Of a DNA stretch of 64,000 bases, positions 40,034 through 49,860 are shown piece by piece; within the stretch, counting starts at the first letter, position 1, and every line of letters starts with the position of its first letter. The position numbers and the translations under genes are program-made. Below the pieces are notes generated by a model. The model ran no database searches. It was given only the letters and a program-made list of their open reading frames with translations, and had not been told where the DNA came from. Source of the DNA: an uncultured delta proteobacterium (GTDB taxonomy: Bacteria > Desulfobacterota > Binatia > Binatales > Binataceae); contig CAVXXK010000001.1 of assembly GCA_963765675.1 (NCBI GenBank), positions 1-64,000 of the forward strand. The letters are read 5' to 3'.

Positions 40034-40218
40034 TTGAGTATAGGCTCCTACCAGCAGACGCTATCCATGGCTATCACACGAAAGCAGTATTACTAAGAGG
40101 TGGCTTGCCGTTTCCCATAGATGGGCACGAGTGATTAGCAACTATCAAGTGCTAAGTTGTTTATGAGAATAGATCTCGTAAGTATTAGTGGTTGTAAACG
40201 TAGCTTATAGGCATTGAA

Positions 40219-40635
40219 ATGCGGGGTGAGAAGAAATATGTCGGCAAGCATGTAGCACTTTTCATTGGTGTAGTGTACGCGATTATCTGGTATCGAATTC
40301 CATATATAGCGGCTGGAGAAGGCTGGCTTAGTGTCTACTTGCCAGCCATTTCTCTGCTATTTGCGGTAATGCTCGTGCTCACGCTCTATTCCGATGACAC
40401 GCCATGGTTGAATCTGACATACTTTTTCCCGGGCGTGATCATCGGCGTATCTATCGATACTCTAGTGTTCCACAGCAAGGCCTCGAGAATTGCGTGGCTA
40501 TTCGAATCCCTAAGCCTTTGCGTGTTTCTAGCACCGATCGCTGTTTTGGCGACAGCGCTTGGTCGCTGGATTAGCAGGAGACGGAAAAGGCCTGGCAATG
40601 AAATTCCTGTTCATGATGAAAGCGAGACTCCATGA
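40219..40635 (+). CDS. Low-GC 4-TM membrane protein, putative immunity protein
   Basis: Hydrophobic helices; directly downstream of Rhs tip; AT-rich. Confidence 0.6.
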   Translation: MRGEKKYVGKHVALFIGVVYAIIWYRIPYIAAGEGWLSVYLPAISLLFAVMLVLTLYSDDTPWLNLTYFFPGVIIGVSIDTLVFHSKASRIAWLFESLSLCVFLAPIAVLATALGRWISRRRKRPGNEIPVHDESETP

Positions 40636-40715
40636 GATCGGCGGGGGAACGGAGTGATCATCCTCCAGTGCGTTGACAAAGCAAGCGAGAAGGTTCGACC
40701 GGTGCGCGTACGCGA

Positions 40716-40860
40716 CTGGCGATCACACTATACGTTAGAAGCCTAGGGCGGACGGTGAACGGTTACGATCTCGTCGAGATGTTCTCTGAGGTTGGTAAAG
40801 TCCTGAGTTCGCAGATCATCTATGACCGCAAGACGAATCGTTCGCGGGGATTTGGCTTTC
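40716..40860 (+). pseudogene. RRM RNA-binding protein remnant
   Basis: TLYVRSLG (RNP2-like)..DLVEMFSEVGKVLSSQIIYDRKTNRSRGFGF (RNP1), then similarity is lost. Confidence 0.6.
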
Positions 40861-41090
40861 TCTTCGCGATCCGTTTTCTCGCGGCGTTTTCTCTGGTTGC
40901 TCTCGTGAGACCCAGCGATATCATTCGAAGTTGGAGATACCGTCCAGGCGATCCGCTCTGAGAAGGAACTCGTAGCAGTCGTGGTGCGCTCGAGAAGCAC
41001 CCTGGCTAGCGAAACATGTTCCGGCGAATAATGCTAGGGTTCGACGGTCTTCCAGAACGGGTTAGAAAATATTCCTTACAAACTCACAGT

Positions 41091-42156
41091 TGCATTCGGC
41101 TACAACGGGAGCGGCTATCAGAGCACGATCGGCTACACCTGGGACGGGGGTGACCGTCTGACGCAGGTGGTCGATTCAATTGCGGGAACGATCGCGCGGA
41201 CCTATGACGGGCTCGACGACCTGACCGACGAGCAGACGCCGCCGGGCGAGGTCAGCTACGGGTATGACAACGCGAGGCGGCGGACGTCGATGACTGTTGT
41301 GGGGCAACCTGCGGCGGCATCATACGCGTGGGACAACGCGAACCGGCTGACCGGAATTACCCAAGGGAGCGCTTCGGTTGCGTTCAATTATGACAGCGCG
41401 AGCCGAAGGACAACGCTGACGCTGCCCAACGGAATTGTGGTGGCGTATAGTTATGATAAAGATTCGCGGGTAAGCGCGATGACCTGGACGTTGGCTGGCA
41501 ACCAGATTGGAGACCTCGAGTACGATTACGATCCGGACGGACGCGTGATCGAGAAGACGGGGAGCATGGCGGCGACCAATCTGCCGCAGCCGGTGACTGG
41601 AAACGCCTTCAATGCGGACAACGAGATGACGGCGTTCAACGGTACCGCGTTGAGCTACGATCCGAACGGCAACCTGCTCAACGATGGGAGCAACACCTAC
41701 GCCTGGGACACGCGCAATCATCTGAGCGCGATCACGGGCGCAAATACCGCGAGCTTCGTCTATGACCCGTTCGGGCGGCGGATGAGCAAGACGATTGGAG
41801 GAGCGGCGACGAGTTTCCTCTACGACGGCCTAAATCCCGTGCAAGAGCTTCAAGCTGGAACGCCGAGTGCAAACATGTTTACGGGACTGGGGATCGACGA
41901 ATACTTTCAGCGTACCGACGCCTCGGGTGCGAGCAGTTATCTCACAGATGCGCTCGGCAGCACACTCGCATTGGCAAACTCGGCAGGCAGCCTCGCGACC
42001 AGCTACAACAAGGCCTTGGTTAGCTGTCTTGAAGGTTTGCGTGACGATCCGCACAACTGGCCTTTCCCGCCGGATCCAAGTGACGATCCGGGAGACATTG
42101 GCGCACATGAGTATAGAGAAGGCGCAATCTATATATTCCAGCATGGGGTGTGGTGA
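41091..42156 (+). pseudogene. Second Rhs fragment (orphan), core end deleted and fused to a different tip
   Basis: Near-duplicate of 38641-39560; stops matching after LATSY and lacks the FTGRE..DPxG core end. Confidence 0.8.
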
Positions 42157-42188
42157 TCTATCAATCGAACGGAAGGAGGGGGCTGACT

Positions 42189-42512
42189 GTGGGGGCCGCT
42201 GACGATAAGCAAATGTTAGTATTTAATGCGTTTCTAGCGGCGTTGGCGGCGCTATTGCCCTTTTGGTTTTATCATATTGGGTTAGAGTATTCGTTCCTCC
42301 AGAAGCTGCCCTACATGTTCAGAGGCTTGGCGTGGGATCCAATCGCCTTGAACGTTCTGCTATCAATTCCTTTCGTATTTCTAGCAATTCGCGCTCTCAG
42401 GTTGGCCGGCTCATTTCGGAGGAGCGTTCGTCTGCTAATTATAGCAGCTCGGGTTTGTGTGTTTCATTTACATTTTGCGAACATTGTTCCTGTTGATAGT
42501 CTGGTCAATTAA
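42189..42512 (+). CDS. Low-GC membrane protein, putative immunity protein
   Basis: AGGAGG RBS before GTG; three hydrophobic segments; follows second Rhs tip. Confidence 0.55.
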   Translation: MGAADDKQMLVFNAFLAALAALLPFWFYHIGLEYSFLQKLPYMFRGLAWDPIALNVLLSIPFVFLAIRALRLAGSFRRSVRLLIIAARVCVFHLHFANIVPVDSLVN

Positions 42513-42635
42513 TGGCTTCGCGCCCTAACGGCTGCATCGAAGTCGCGCCCGCAATATAAACACGCCGCCTCGAATGCGTGGTTGAGCGCGAGACCGAGCG
42601 TCCCGCTCACGATGCTGGCAGCGGAATAGGGTACG

Positions 42636-42804
42636 GCCATCGCGCGATGCGCGATCGGCTGGCCGCACGAGGCGCGCCCGGCGAAGAAGCATCCGCCGAA
42701 AAATCGATCGCGTGAGAGTCGGCTTGAGACTGTTCGCGAGCGGCGGTAAACAACATCAATCCGTTGGCACGTGAGCTCGCACCAGCGAAAGCAGCGCCAT
42801 ACTG
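42636..42804 (+). repeat. Direct repeat, right copy
   Basis: Diverged duplicate of 38291-38460 ending just before solA start. Confidence 0.9.
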
Positions 42805-42812
42805 GACCTACA

Positions 42813-43955
42813 ATGCAATTCGACTCGATAGTGGTGGGCGTCGGCGGGATGGGCAGCGCAGCCGCCTATCATTTGGCGCACCGCGGACAACGCGTGCTTG
42901 GACTTGAGCGCTTCGACATCCCTAACGCGATGGGTTCCTCCCACGGCGTCACGCGCATCTTCCGGCTGCCGTACTACGAGGACCCGGCCTATGTCCCCCT
43001 GCTGCGCCGGGCGTTTCAGCTATGGCGCGAAATCGAGACTCGCGCGGGTGAGCCTCTTCTGTTCGTGACCGGCTCGATTGATTCCAGCCTGGAGGACGAC
43101 GCGCTGTTTGCAGGCGCGCTTGCCTCCGCGCGCCAGCATAAGCTCCCGCACGAGGTGCTGACCGGCGCGGAAGTGAACCAACGTTTCCCAGGCTATCGTC
43201 TGCCGCCGCGTCATCGCGCGGTGTTTCAGCGCGACGGTGGGTTTGTTGCGAGCGAGCGTGCGATCGTCGCGCATGTGTGCGCCGCACAATCCGCCGGCGC
43301 CGAGATTCATGCGCGCGAGCGCGTGCTCGGCTGGGATGCCAGTAGCGGCGGGGTGCGAGTGACTACCGACAAGGGCCGCTATGACTGCGCGCATCTGATT
43401 CTCGCCGCGGGCGCGTGGATGAGCGAGCTTGCCAGTCCGCTCGGACGCCTTGCGATTCCCGAGCGCCAGGTTCTCGCGTGGTTCCAGCCTCTTCGGACCG
43501 AGTTGTATCAGCCCGATCGGTTTCCAGTCTTCAATCTATCGGTCGAGGAAGGGCGTTTTTACGGATTGCCGATCTTCCAGGTCCCGGGATTCAAGGTGGG
43601 CCGCTACCATCACCGCGAGGAAACCTCCCCTGCTGACGAGATCCGGCGCGAGATCGACGCGGAAGACGAACGCATCCTGCGCCAGTTCACCGAACGCTAT
43701 TTCCCCGCGGCCAGCGGCTCGACGATGGCACTGCGGACCTGCATTTTTACCAACACGCCTGACGAGCACTTTGTGCTCGATCGTCATCCGCAATTTCCGC
43801 AGGTGATCATCGCGTCGCCATGCTCGGGGCACGGGTATAAGTTCTGCAGCGTCATCGGCGAGATAATCGCCGACCTCGCAACTGGTGACGGAACCACGCG
43901 GCACGAGATCGGTTTCCTGAGATTGAATCGATTTACACGGGCCGCCAAAAGTTAG
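42813..43955 (+). CDS. solA: N-methyl-L-tryptophan oxidase / monomeric sarcosine oxidase family
   Basis: VVGVGGMGSAA, GSSHGVTRI, CIFTNTPDEHF, CSGHGYKF. Confidence 0.88.
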   Translation: MQFDSIVVGVGGMGSAAAYHLAHRGQRVLGLERFDIPNAMGSSHGVTRIFRLPYYEDPAYVPLLRRAFQLWREIETRAGEPLLFVTGSIDSSLEDDALFAGALASARQHKLPHEVLTGAEVNQRFPGYRLPPRHRAVFQRDGGFVASERAIVAHVCAAQSAGAEIHARERVLGWDASSGGVRVTTDKGRYDCAHLILAAGAWMSELASPLGRLAIPERQVLAWFQPLRTELYQPDRFPVFNLSVEEGRFYGLPIFQVPGFKVGRYHHREETSPADEIRREIDAEDERILRQFTERYFPAASGSTMALRTCIFTNTPDEHFVLDRHPQFPQVIIASPCSGHGYKFCSVIGEIIADLATGDGTTRHEIGFLRLNRFTRAAKS

Positions 43956-43987
43956 CGATCGGCCGCCAGGCAACACCGAGTCACAGC

Positions 43988-45649
43988 ATGAGCGCAATCA
44001 CGGTTTTTCAGGCACGCAAGATCATCACGATGGATCCGGGCCGCCCGGCCGCGGACTCTATCGCGGTCAGAGACGGCCGAATCGTGTCGGTTGGCACGCG
44101 CGACTCGATCGGACCGTGGTTGCGGCGTTATGAACACGTATTCGACGACTCTTTCGCCGACCGGATCATCGTGCCGGGTTTCATCGATCCGCATACTCAC
44201 TTGAGCCAATCAGGCGGTTACATGCTGCTCAACTACGTCGGTCCGATACCGTCTCCGGGAGCCGAAGGAATAAATCCCGCGCTCCCGACTCGCGAGGCGG
44301 TGTGCAATCGGCTGCGCGAGCTGGATTTGGAGTTGAAGGATCCGGACGAGCCGCTGTTCGCCTGGGGCTACGACGCCGCGATGCAGGGTGGTCATCTGGA
44401 TCGCGGCGCGCTCGACACGATCTCGAGCGAACGTCCGGTCTCGGTGCTCTCGTACGCACCGCACTTTGTGTACACGAACAGCGCGATGCTGCGGCTATTG
44501 GGGGCGACGCCGGAACTCAAGATTCACGGCGTCGGACGAACCGATGACGGGCGACTCAATGGTGTCTTCACCGAGATCGAGGCAATCGGATATGCACTGG
44601 CGCCATTTCACGGAAAAATTCTGCGGCCCGAGCAGGCGCGGCAGGGACTTCGGCGGCTGGCTGACGTCGCCAAAGCCGCGGGCGTCACCACCACCGCCGA
44701 TATGCTGTTCGGGATGAGAAATTTCGAATCCGAGTGGCGGACTCATCAAGAGGTCGTTGGCAACGAGTCGTTTCCGCTGCGGATGCTGCTGGTGCCGTGG
44801 GAGGCGCCGATTCGAGAAAAGTTCGCCGCAGACCCAGGCTCATTCATGTCCGACCTCGAATCACGCGCGAGTGAGAAGCTTCGCTTTCACGGGGTCAAGT
44901 TTTTCAGCGACGGATCGTATCCTTCGATGTCGCTGCGGCTGAAGTACCCGGGTTATCTCGACGGCGGCAATGGACTGCGCGCCGACATCCCATGGGATCA
45001 GCTCGCGCAGCGGATGTTGCCGTTCTGGAAAGCGGGCGTGCAAATTCATGCTCACGCCAACGGCGACGAAGCGATCGAGGCAGTGCTCGACGCACTTGCG
45101 CGCCTGCAATCAATCCATCCGCGCTTCGACCATCGCTTCACCATCGAGCATTACTGCATCAGCTCCCCCGACCAGGCCAGACGGCTGAAAGCGCTCGGCG
45201 GCCTCGCCAGCGTCAATCCATATTTCGTCCACTATCGAAGCCAACTTCATAGCGAGCACGGATTTGGGCCCGACCGCTCCGAGGCGACCGCGCGCCTGGG
45301 CTCGCTCGAACGCGAGGGGGTTATCTTCGCGCTGCATTCCGACTTCTCGCTCGTGGTGGCGCCGATACATCCATTGACGGCCGTCTGGATCGCGGTAAAT
45401 CGAATCGCCGCTGATGGAACGACGGTCCAGGCGCCGGGCGAACGTATCGGAGTGGAGCGGGCATTTCGCGCGATCACGATCGATGCGGCCTATGTGCTGG
45501 GGCTCGAACGCGAGCTCGGGAGCCTCGAAGCCGGCAAGCTCGCTGACTTCACGATCCTTGATGATGATCCGTTCACCTGCGACGTCAAATCGATTCACGA
45601 AATAGGGATTTGGGGCACGGTCCTGGCCGGCCGCAAACAACCGGCCTGA
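43988..45649 (+). CDS. Amidohydrolase 3 (YtcJ-like)
   Basis: PGFIDPHTH, VKFFSDGS, HAHANGD, TIEH, GSLEAGKLADF. Confidence 0.9.
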   Translation: MSAITVFQARKIITMDPGRPAADSIAVRDGRIVSVGTRDSIGPWLRRYEHVFDDSFADRIIVPGFIDPHTHLSQSGGYMLLNYVGPIPSPGAEGINPALPTREAVCNRLRELDLELKDPDEPLFAWGYDAAMQGGHLDRGALDTISSERPVSVLSYAPHFVYTNSAMLRLLGATPELKIHGVGRTDDGRLNGVFTEIEAIGYALAPFHGKILRPEQARQGLRRLADVAKAAGVTTTADMLFGMRNFESEWRTHQEVVGNESFPLRMLLVPWEAPIREKFAADPGSFMSDLESRASEKLRFHGVKFFSDGSYPSMSLRLKYPGYLDGGNGLRADIPWDQLAQRMLPFWKAGVQIHAHANGDEAIEAVLDALARLQSIHPRFDHRFTIEHYCISSPDQARRLKALGGLASVNPYFVHYRSQLHSEHGFGPDRSEATARLGSLEREGVIFALHSDFSLVVAPIHPLTAVWIAVNRIAADGTTVQAPGERIGVERAFRAITIDAAYVLGLERELGSLEAGKLADFTILDDDPFTCDVKSIHEIGIWGTVLAGRKQPA

Positions 45650-45740
45650 AAATCCTGAACAAATAAGAGGCGCGCGCCCGTGAGCCACCGTATGGGATTA
45701 GATTCTTCGGGGCGAGGATCTGTTCTCCGTTCGCGCGCGC

Positions 45741-46571
45741 CTATTTGATCGGCGGCAGAAAATCCGGGAAATCTTTCGACGGCTTCATCTTCCATGCTGG
45801 CTTGCGTTTTTGCAGGAACGCAGTGACGCCCTCATGCGAGTCCGGCTGCTTGCCGACCCACCAGAAGGCGTTCGAATCGACCGCCTGCGCCTTCTCGATA
45901 CTGTCCTCGGCGAGCAGGCCCCACGTGAGCCGCTTGGTCATCGCGACGGAAACCGGCGCGGTATTCTCGGCGATATCGAGCGCCATCTCGCGCACCTTGC
46001 CCATGAACTCCGCGTCGGGCCATACGTGGCTGACGATTCCGAACTCGAGCGCCTCTTTGGCGTTGATAATCTTCCCGGTCAGCAGCAGCTCGTTGGTTTT
46101 CGCAAGCCCGATCTGCCGCGCGACGGTCCACAGGCTCAGCGCCTCCGGGATAATTCCGCGGCGCACGAAAACGAACCCAATTCGCGCGCTCTCGGCCGCG
46201 ACACGAATATCCCACTGCATCGGCAGCGTGATTCCCATTCCGACCGCTGGACCGTTGATCGCCGCGATGATCGGCTTCTTCATATTCCAGGGACGCACCG
46301 CCGGACGCCGCGGCGTCTCGCCACGTTCGGCGCGTTTATCGGCGTTGAAAGTGTCGCCGCCGCCACCCGAAAGATCGGCGCCGGCGGAAAACGCGCGGCC
46401 CGCGCCAGTCACGACGATCACGCGCACGCTGTCGTCGCCATCAAGATCGGCGAACGCCTGGTAGAGTTCGCCACCCATCGCGGCGTTGAACGCATTAAGC
46501 TTCTCCGGCCGGTTGAGCGTGATCGTTGCCACGCTCTGCTTGATGTCGACGAGAATTGCTGTCTGAGCCAT
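45741..46571 (-). CDS. Enoyl-CoA hydratase/isomerase family
   Basis: LNRPEKLNAF, AFSAGADL, IAAINGPAVGMG. Confidence 0.92.
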   Translation of the reverse strand: MAQTAILVDIKQSVATITLNRPEKLNAFNAAMGGELYQAFADLDGDDSVRVIVVTGAGRAFSAGADLSGGGGDTFNADKRAERGETPRRPAVRPWNMKKPIIAAINGPAVGMGITLPMQWDIRVAAESARIGFVFVRRGIIPEALSLWTVARQIGLAKTNELLLTGKIINAKEALEFGIVSHVWPDAEFMGKVREMALDIAENTAPVSVAMTKRLTWGLLAEDSIEKAQAVDSNAFWWVGKQPDSHEGVTAFLQKRKPAWKMKPSKDFPDFLPPIK

Positions 46572-46650
46572 CGCACTAGCCTCCAATATGATCGCGCCCG
46601 CCCTGTCCCGCTTATACCGCGCATCGGCGGCGCTCGAAAAGCCGCAGCGT

Positions 46651-46690
46651 CCGGGATTCCTCGCGCGCCAGCCACGCGCGGGAATGACAC
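46651..46690 (-). repeat. REP-like family B palindrome
   Basis: Reverse complement GTGTCATTCCCGCGCG..GCGAGGAATCCCGG matches 53364-53407. Confidence 0.65.
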
Positions 46691-46802
46691 GCGAACTGCT
46701 TCACACGATCTCAGATCCACCGCCTCTTCGTAGGACCGCGCCGAGACGCGCCCTTCTGATGACATCCCGTTAGTACGCCACTACAATCGCATTCGAACGG
46801 AT

Positions 46803-47312
46803 TTGCAGGATGCGGAGCACGCAACCGACGATCATCTCACCGCAAGAATCCTCGGTGCTGAAGCCAAGTTGAAAATACAAACGGCACAGGCGATCGGCTT
46901 TCTGGTTGGCGCGGTGGGGGGACTGGTGGGGTTTTCACCGGCCAGCCGAATTGGAGCGGTGCTGTGGGGATTTCCCCCCACTAGTCGCGGGGGTTGGATG
47001 GCCGTCTCGGTCGTTATTCTAAGCCTTGCGACCGCCCATGGGATCGCCGCGATCTTAGCGTTGAACCAGCGACCGGCAGATTGGCACGGCAGCTTCCGGT
47101 CTCAATGGCGCCAGCTTCGGCAGGTCACCGACAAGTGCTCGTTGGGTTTCTTCCTGGCGGTGTTGGGGTGGCTTACGTACAACAGATTCACGGGCGACAT
47201 ATCGACAGAAAACTTTGTTGTGTCAGGTTCAATATTCCTTCTGATCGTGCTGTTTCTAGGCGGCGGGGTGAACAGCTTTCTGCCGCATCGACGAGAGAGG
47301 GTGCGACGGTGA
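46803..47312 (+). CDS. Hypothetical membrane protein
   Basis: Four hydrophobic segments, lower GC; start uncertain. Confidence 0.55.
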   Translation: MQDAEHATDDHLTARILGAEAKLKIQTAQAIGFLVGAVGGLVGFSPASRIGAVLWGFPPTSRGGWMAVSVVILSLATAHGIAAILALNQRPADWHGSFRSQWRQLRQVTDKCSLGFFLAVLGWLTYNRFTGDISTENFVVSGSIFLLIVLFLGGGVNSFLPHRRERVRR

Positions 47313-47563
47313 CGCAAAACTTCCTGTCTATAGTACTTCTTTTCGCGGTCGCCGCATTTTCCGCCGTGCTCTGGTATGGCACCTATCGGCGATGGCGAGG
47401 GCTATGCGACCCTCCTGTCAAAGCTTGGTACTTCTATTCGCACTCCGCGATCAAAAAATTCTTTGGATCGCGAGCAGTCGTTGCTTTCAACTATTTCCTG
47501 GTTTTGTGGGGTATCGGATTCTGCGTGATCATCGTGGTGTCGCTGCTCCACCCGTCGCGCTGA
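47309..47563 (+). CDS. Small 2-TM membrane protein (immunity-like)
   Basis: GTG overlaps upstream stop; MTQNFLSIVLLF..FFGSRAVVAFNYFLVLWG. Confidence 0.55.
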   Translation: MTQNFLSIVLLFAVAAFSAVLWYGTYRRWRGLCDPPVKAWYFYSHSAIKKFFGSRAVVAFNYFLVLWGIGFCVIIVVSLLHPSR

Positions 47564-47579
47564 GCGGTTTCCCCTAAAA

Positions 47580-48062
47580 CTACTTGGTGAATTCGATTGG
47601 CTGGCCGCAGGCGTTGCCGCCGGCGTTGTAGTCGTAGACCATCCGGCCGCCATAGTCGGCGCCGCGCGCGAGTACTGCGCACATCACCAGCAGGCCTACA
47701 AGGAATGCCCACCGAAACCGCGAGGGCATCGGGCGCGCCGCGAGCGCCCAGATTGTCAACGCGGCGGCGATCACGCCGGTTGCGATCATCAGATGCTCAT
47801 GATGCTCGAGCAGCGCGGTGCGCACCGACTCGGCGATCATCACGCCTTCGCCCGCTTCTAGGCCGGTTGCGATCGCCACGGCGCCGCCCACCGCGCCGAG
47901 TATCAGCGACCAGAACGCCGCCCACTTGAGCGACTCGCTGCCGATAGCTGCGGCAAGAAAGTACAGGAGCGCCGCACCACACAGAAACGCGATCGGAAAA
48001 TGAACTACGATCGGGTGAAAGTTCTGTAGATGCGACGCTCCGGGAAAGACCCGTTCGAGCAA
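47580..48062 (-). CDS. DUF2231 family membrane protein
   Basis: NFHPIVVHFPIA, ATG, HHEH, ADYGGRMVY. Confidence 0.8.
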   Translation of the reverse strand: MLERVFPGASHLQNFHPIVVHFPIAFLCGAALLYFLAAAIGSESLKWAAFWSLILGAVGGAVAIATGLEAGEGVMIAESVRTALLEHHEHLMIATGVIAAALTIWALAARPMPSRFRWAFLVGLLVMCAVLARGADYGGRMVYDYNAGGNACGQPIEFTK

Positions 48063-48066
48063 ACCC

Positions 48067-48432
48067 TTACTTCACGGAATCGACGGTCAGGAAATTCACG
48101 CCGCCCTTGCTGTATTCCTTGCCCGACACGGTGACCGTGTCTTCCATCTTGCTGATGACGTCGTCGGGCAGTGACTGCGCGTTCTTGGCCGGGAGCAGGA
48201 TGTAGATCTTCTTGGTGTCCGATTCGACCAGCGAAACCGGGATTCCCGCCTTGGCGCATCCGATCGCGCACTTCTGATGGCTCGCGCCGTGCGCGCCCAT
48301 CGTGCCGTAGCAGAAGCTGTCCTCGAGCGTGCCGGTTACCGACTTAGAGGTTCCGGTCTCCGCCGCCATCGCTACCGACGCGAGGCCGACTGACAGTATC
48401 AAGCCCAGACCAGCAATAAGAAATCGTTTCAT
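48067..48432 (-). CDS. Secreted small protein with C..HxxCxxxC motif
   Basis: GGAGG RBS, signal peptide, DSFCY..HQKCAIGCAKAGIP. Confidence 0.8.
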   Translation of the reverse strand: MKRFLIAGLGLILSVGLASVAMAAETGTSKSVTGTLEDSFCYGTMGAHGASHQKCAIGCAKAGIPVSLVESDTKKIYILLPAKNAQSLPDDVISKMEDTVTVSGKEYSKGGVNFLTVDSVK

Positions 48433-48582
48433 GAGAGTCCTCCCAGGTTACTTGCCCAGCTACTTGTTTGTCGCGACAACGCCCGCAAAGGCGCCTCAAA
48501 CTCAAAGCGGAACTCGGATGCGGGTAACTCGTCGATTATTGCGGAAATGGGGCCTTCCCGCCAAGAGAGAAGATTGCGCTCT

Positions 48583-49509
48583 TTAACGGCGCGCCGAGGG
48601 CGCTTCGACCCGCGGATCGACTTCGCCGATCATCTCGCGCCATCGCGCGCGCTTGCCGGCACTGCGCGGACGCGCGCCGAGCTTCACCAAATGATGCTCG
48701 AGGACCTCTTTCAGATCCTCGGCCAGGCGCTCGATCTCGACTTCCTCGGGCATCTTGGGACGTGGTTGTCCCTCGGTCAGGCCTCCGCGCCGCCGTCCAT
48801 AGAGCTGCTGGAGCCGCAACTCCGCCTTCGCCAGCATCGCCTTGTACTTGTAATCAAGCCGGCTCAGATCTTCGGACAGATTCGCGAGCGCCACATAGCG
48901 CCGGCGCATCCGCCACCATTCGAACAGTGTGACGATCATCACCCCGAACATCAGCACCGCCGCGACGGTGGTTGAAACCGCAGTCGCGCGCCACCACGGC
49001 ATTATTCGCAGGCTCGAGGTCAGGGATTGGTTGTCTTCGCCCAGCTCCTGATTCTTTTCCTGCAGCGCGTTCAGATCGTGCTGCTCGGTTTCGGCCTTCT
49101 GCTCGGCGGTCTGCGCCTCGGCGGCAAGCGAATCGATCTGCTTTTGCATCGATTTCGCCTGCGCTTCGTACGGATTGGGCACTTTCAACTCGTCGCCGGC
49201 AATTAGTTCCTCGTCGGGACTGATCCGATTTGTATGCGCCAATTGCTCGGCCGTGAGCCCGAACATCGCCGCGACGGTTCCGAGCGTGTCGCCCGGACGA
49301 ATCGTGTACGGAATGATCGCGCGCGGATGCGGCGGCGGTTTTGGCGCGGTGTCGGCCGCGGCGGCTGGTGCGGCAGGAGCGCTCGACGCCGGAATATCTT
49401 CGTCGGAGAAGCTGCCGCTCTGCGCGAACGCGGGCGCAGCTATAGCGAAGGCAAGAATCGCCGCGAGGCAGATTCGCGAGGTTTTATCGATTATCCGTAG
49501 CGCGGGCAT
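48583..49509 (-). CDS. LysM domain, coiled-coil, single-TM protein
   Basis: YTIRPGDTLGTVAAMFG..N..IAGDELKVP. Confidence 0.85.
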   Translation of the reverse strand: MPALRIIDKTSRICLAAILAFAIAAPAFAQSGSFSDEDIPASSAPAAPAAAADTAPKPPPHPRAIIPYTIRPGDTLGTVAAMFGLTAEQLAHTNRISPDEELIAGDELKVPNPYEAQAKSMQKQIDSLAAEAQTAEQKAETEQHDLNALQEKNQELGEDNQSLTSSLRIMPWWRATAVSTTVAAVLMFGVMIVTLFEWWRMRRRYVALANLSEDLSRLDYKYKAMLAKAELRLQQLYGRRRGGLTEGQPRPKMPEEVEIERLAEDLKEVLEHHLVKLGARPRSAGKRARWREMIGEVDPRVEAPSARR

Positions 49510-49654
49510 AAAGCGCCACCGGGGGGCTTGACAAACAGGCTATTATAAGCGCGCAGCTAAGCAAATGGGTTAATTTTGCGCCAGTTCATCGGGGCGTAAC
49601 TATCGGATGGCGCCGCCGAAAGTGCCATTGGCACGCAAGCGGCGCGCCTGCCGA

Positions 49655-49834
49655 TACCCTCTCCCACCGGGAGAGGGCGACGCGGCGCGATGCTTGCGAT
49701 TCTTTTTCGCAAGCATCGTGACGCGTGGGTGAGGGTGCTGCTCCGCTCTTCACTTTTATAATCGCGCGGCGCTGCGCGCCGCGCTGAATAAGGTCCCTCA
49801 CCTAACCTCTCCCATACTGGGCGAGGAATCAGAC
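49655..49834 (-). repeat. REP/MITE-like element family A, copy 2
   Basis: Inverted copy of 34195-34372. Confidence 0.85.
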
Positions 49835-49860
49835 GGCGGATGCGCGTGCCGGAGGCGTGG

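Noticed and set aside
40135-40155. TTAGCA..GTGCTAA as a CIRCE element
   Set aside because: Only 21 bp instead of 27, arms do not match, and it lies in the Rhs cassette.
49629-49644. TGGCAC..GC as a sigma54 promoter
   Set aside because: Poor -12 element, and it points into a repeat with no downstream gene.
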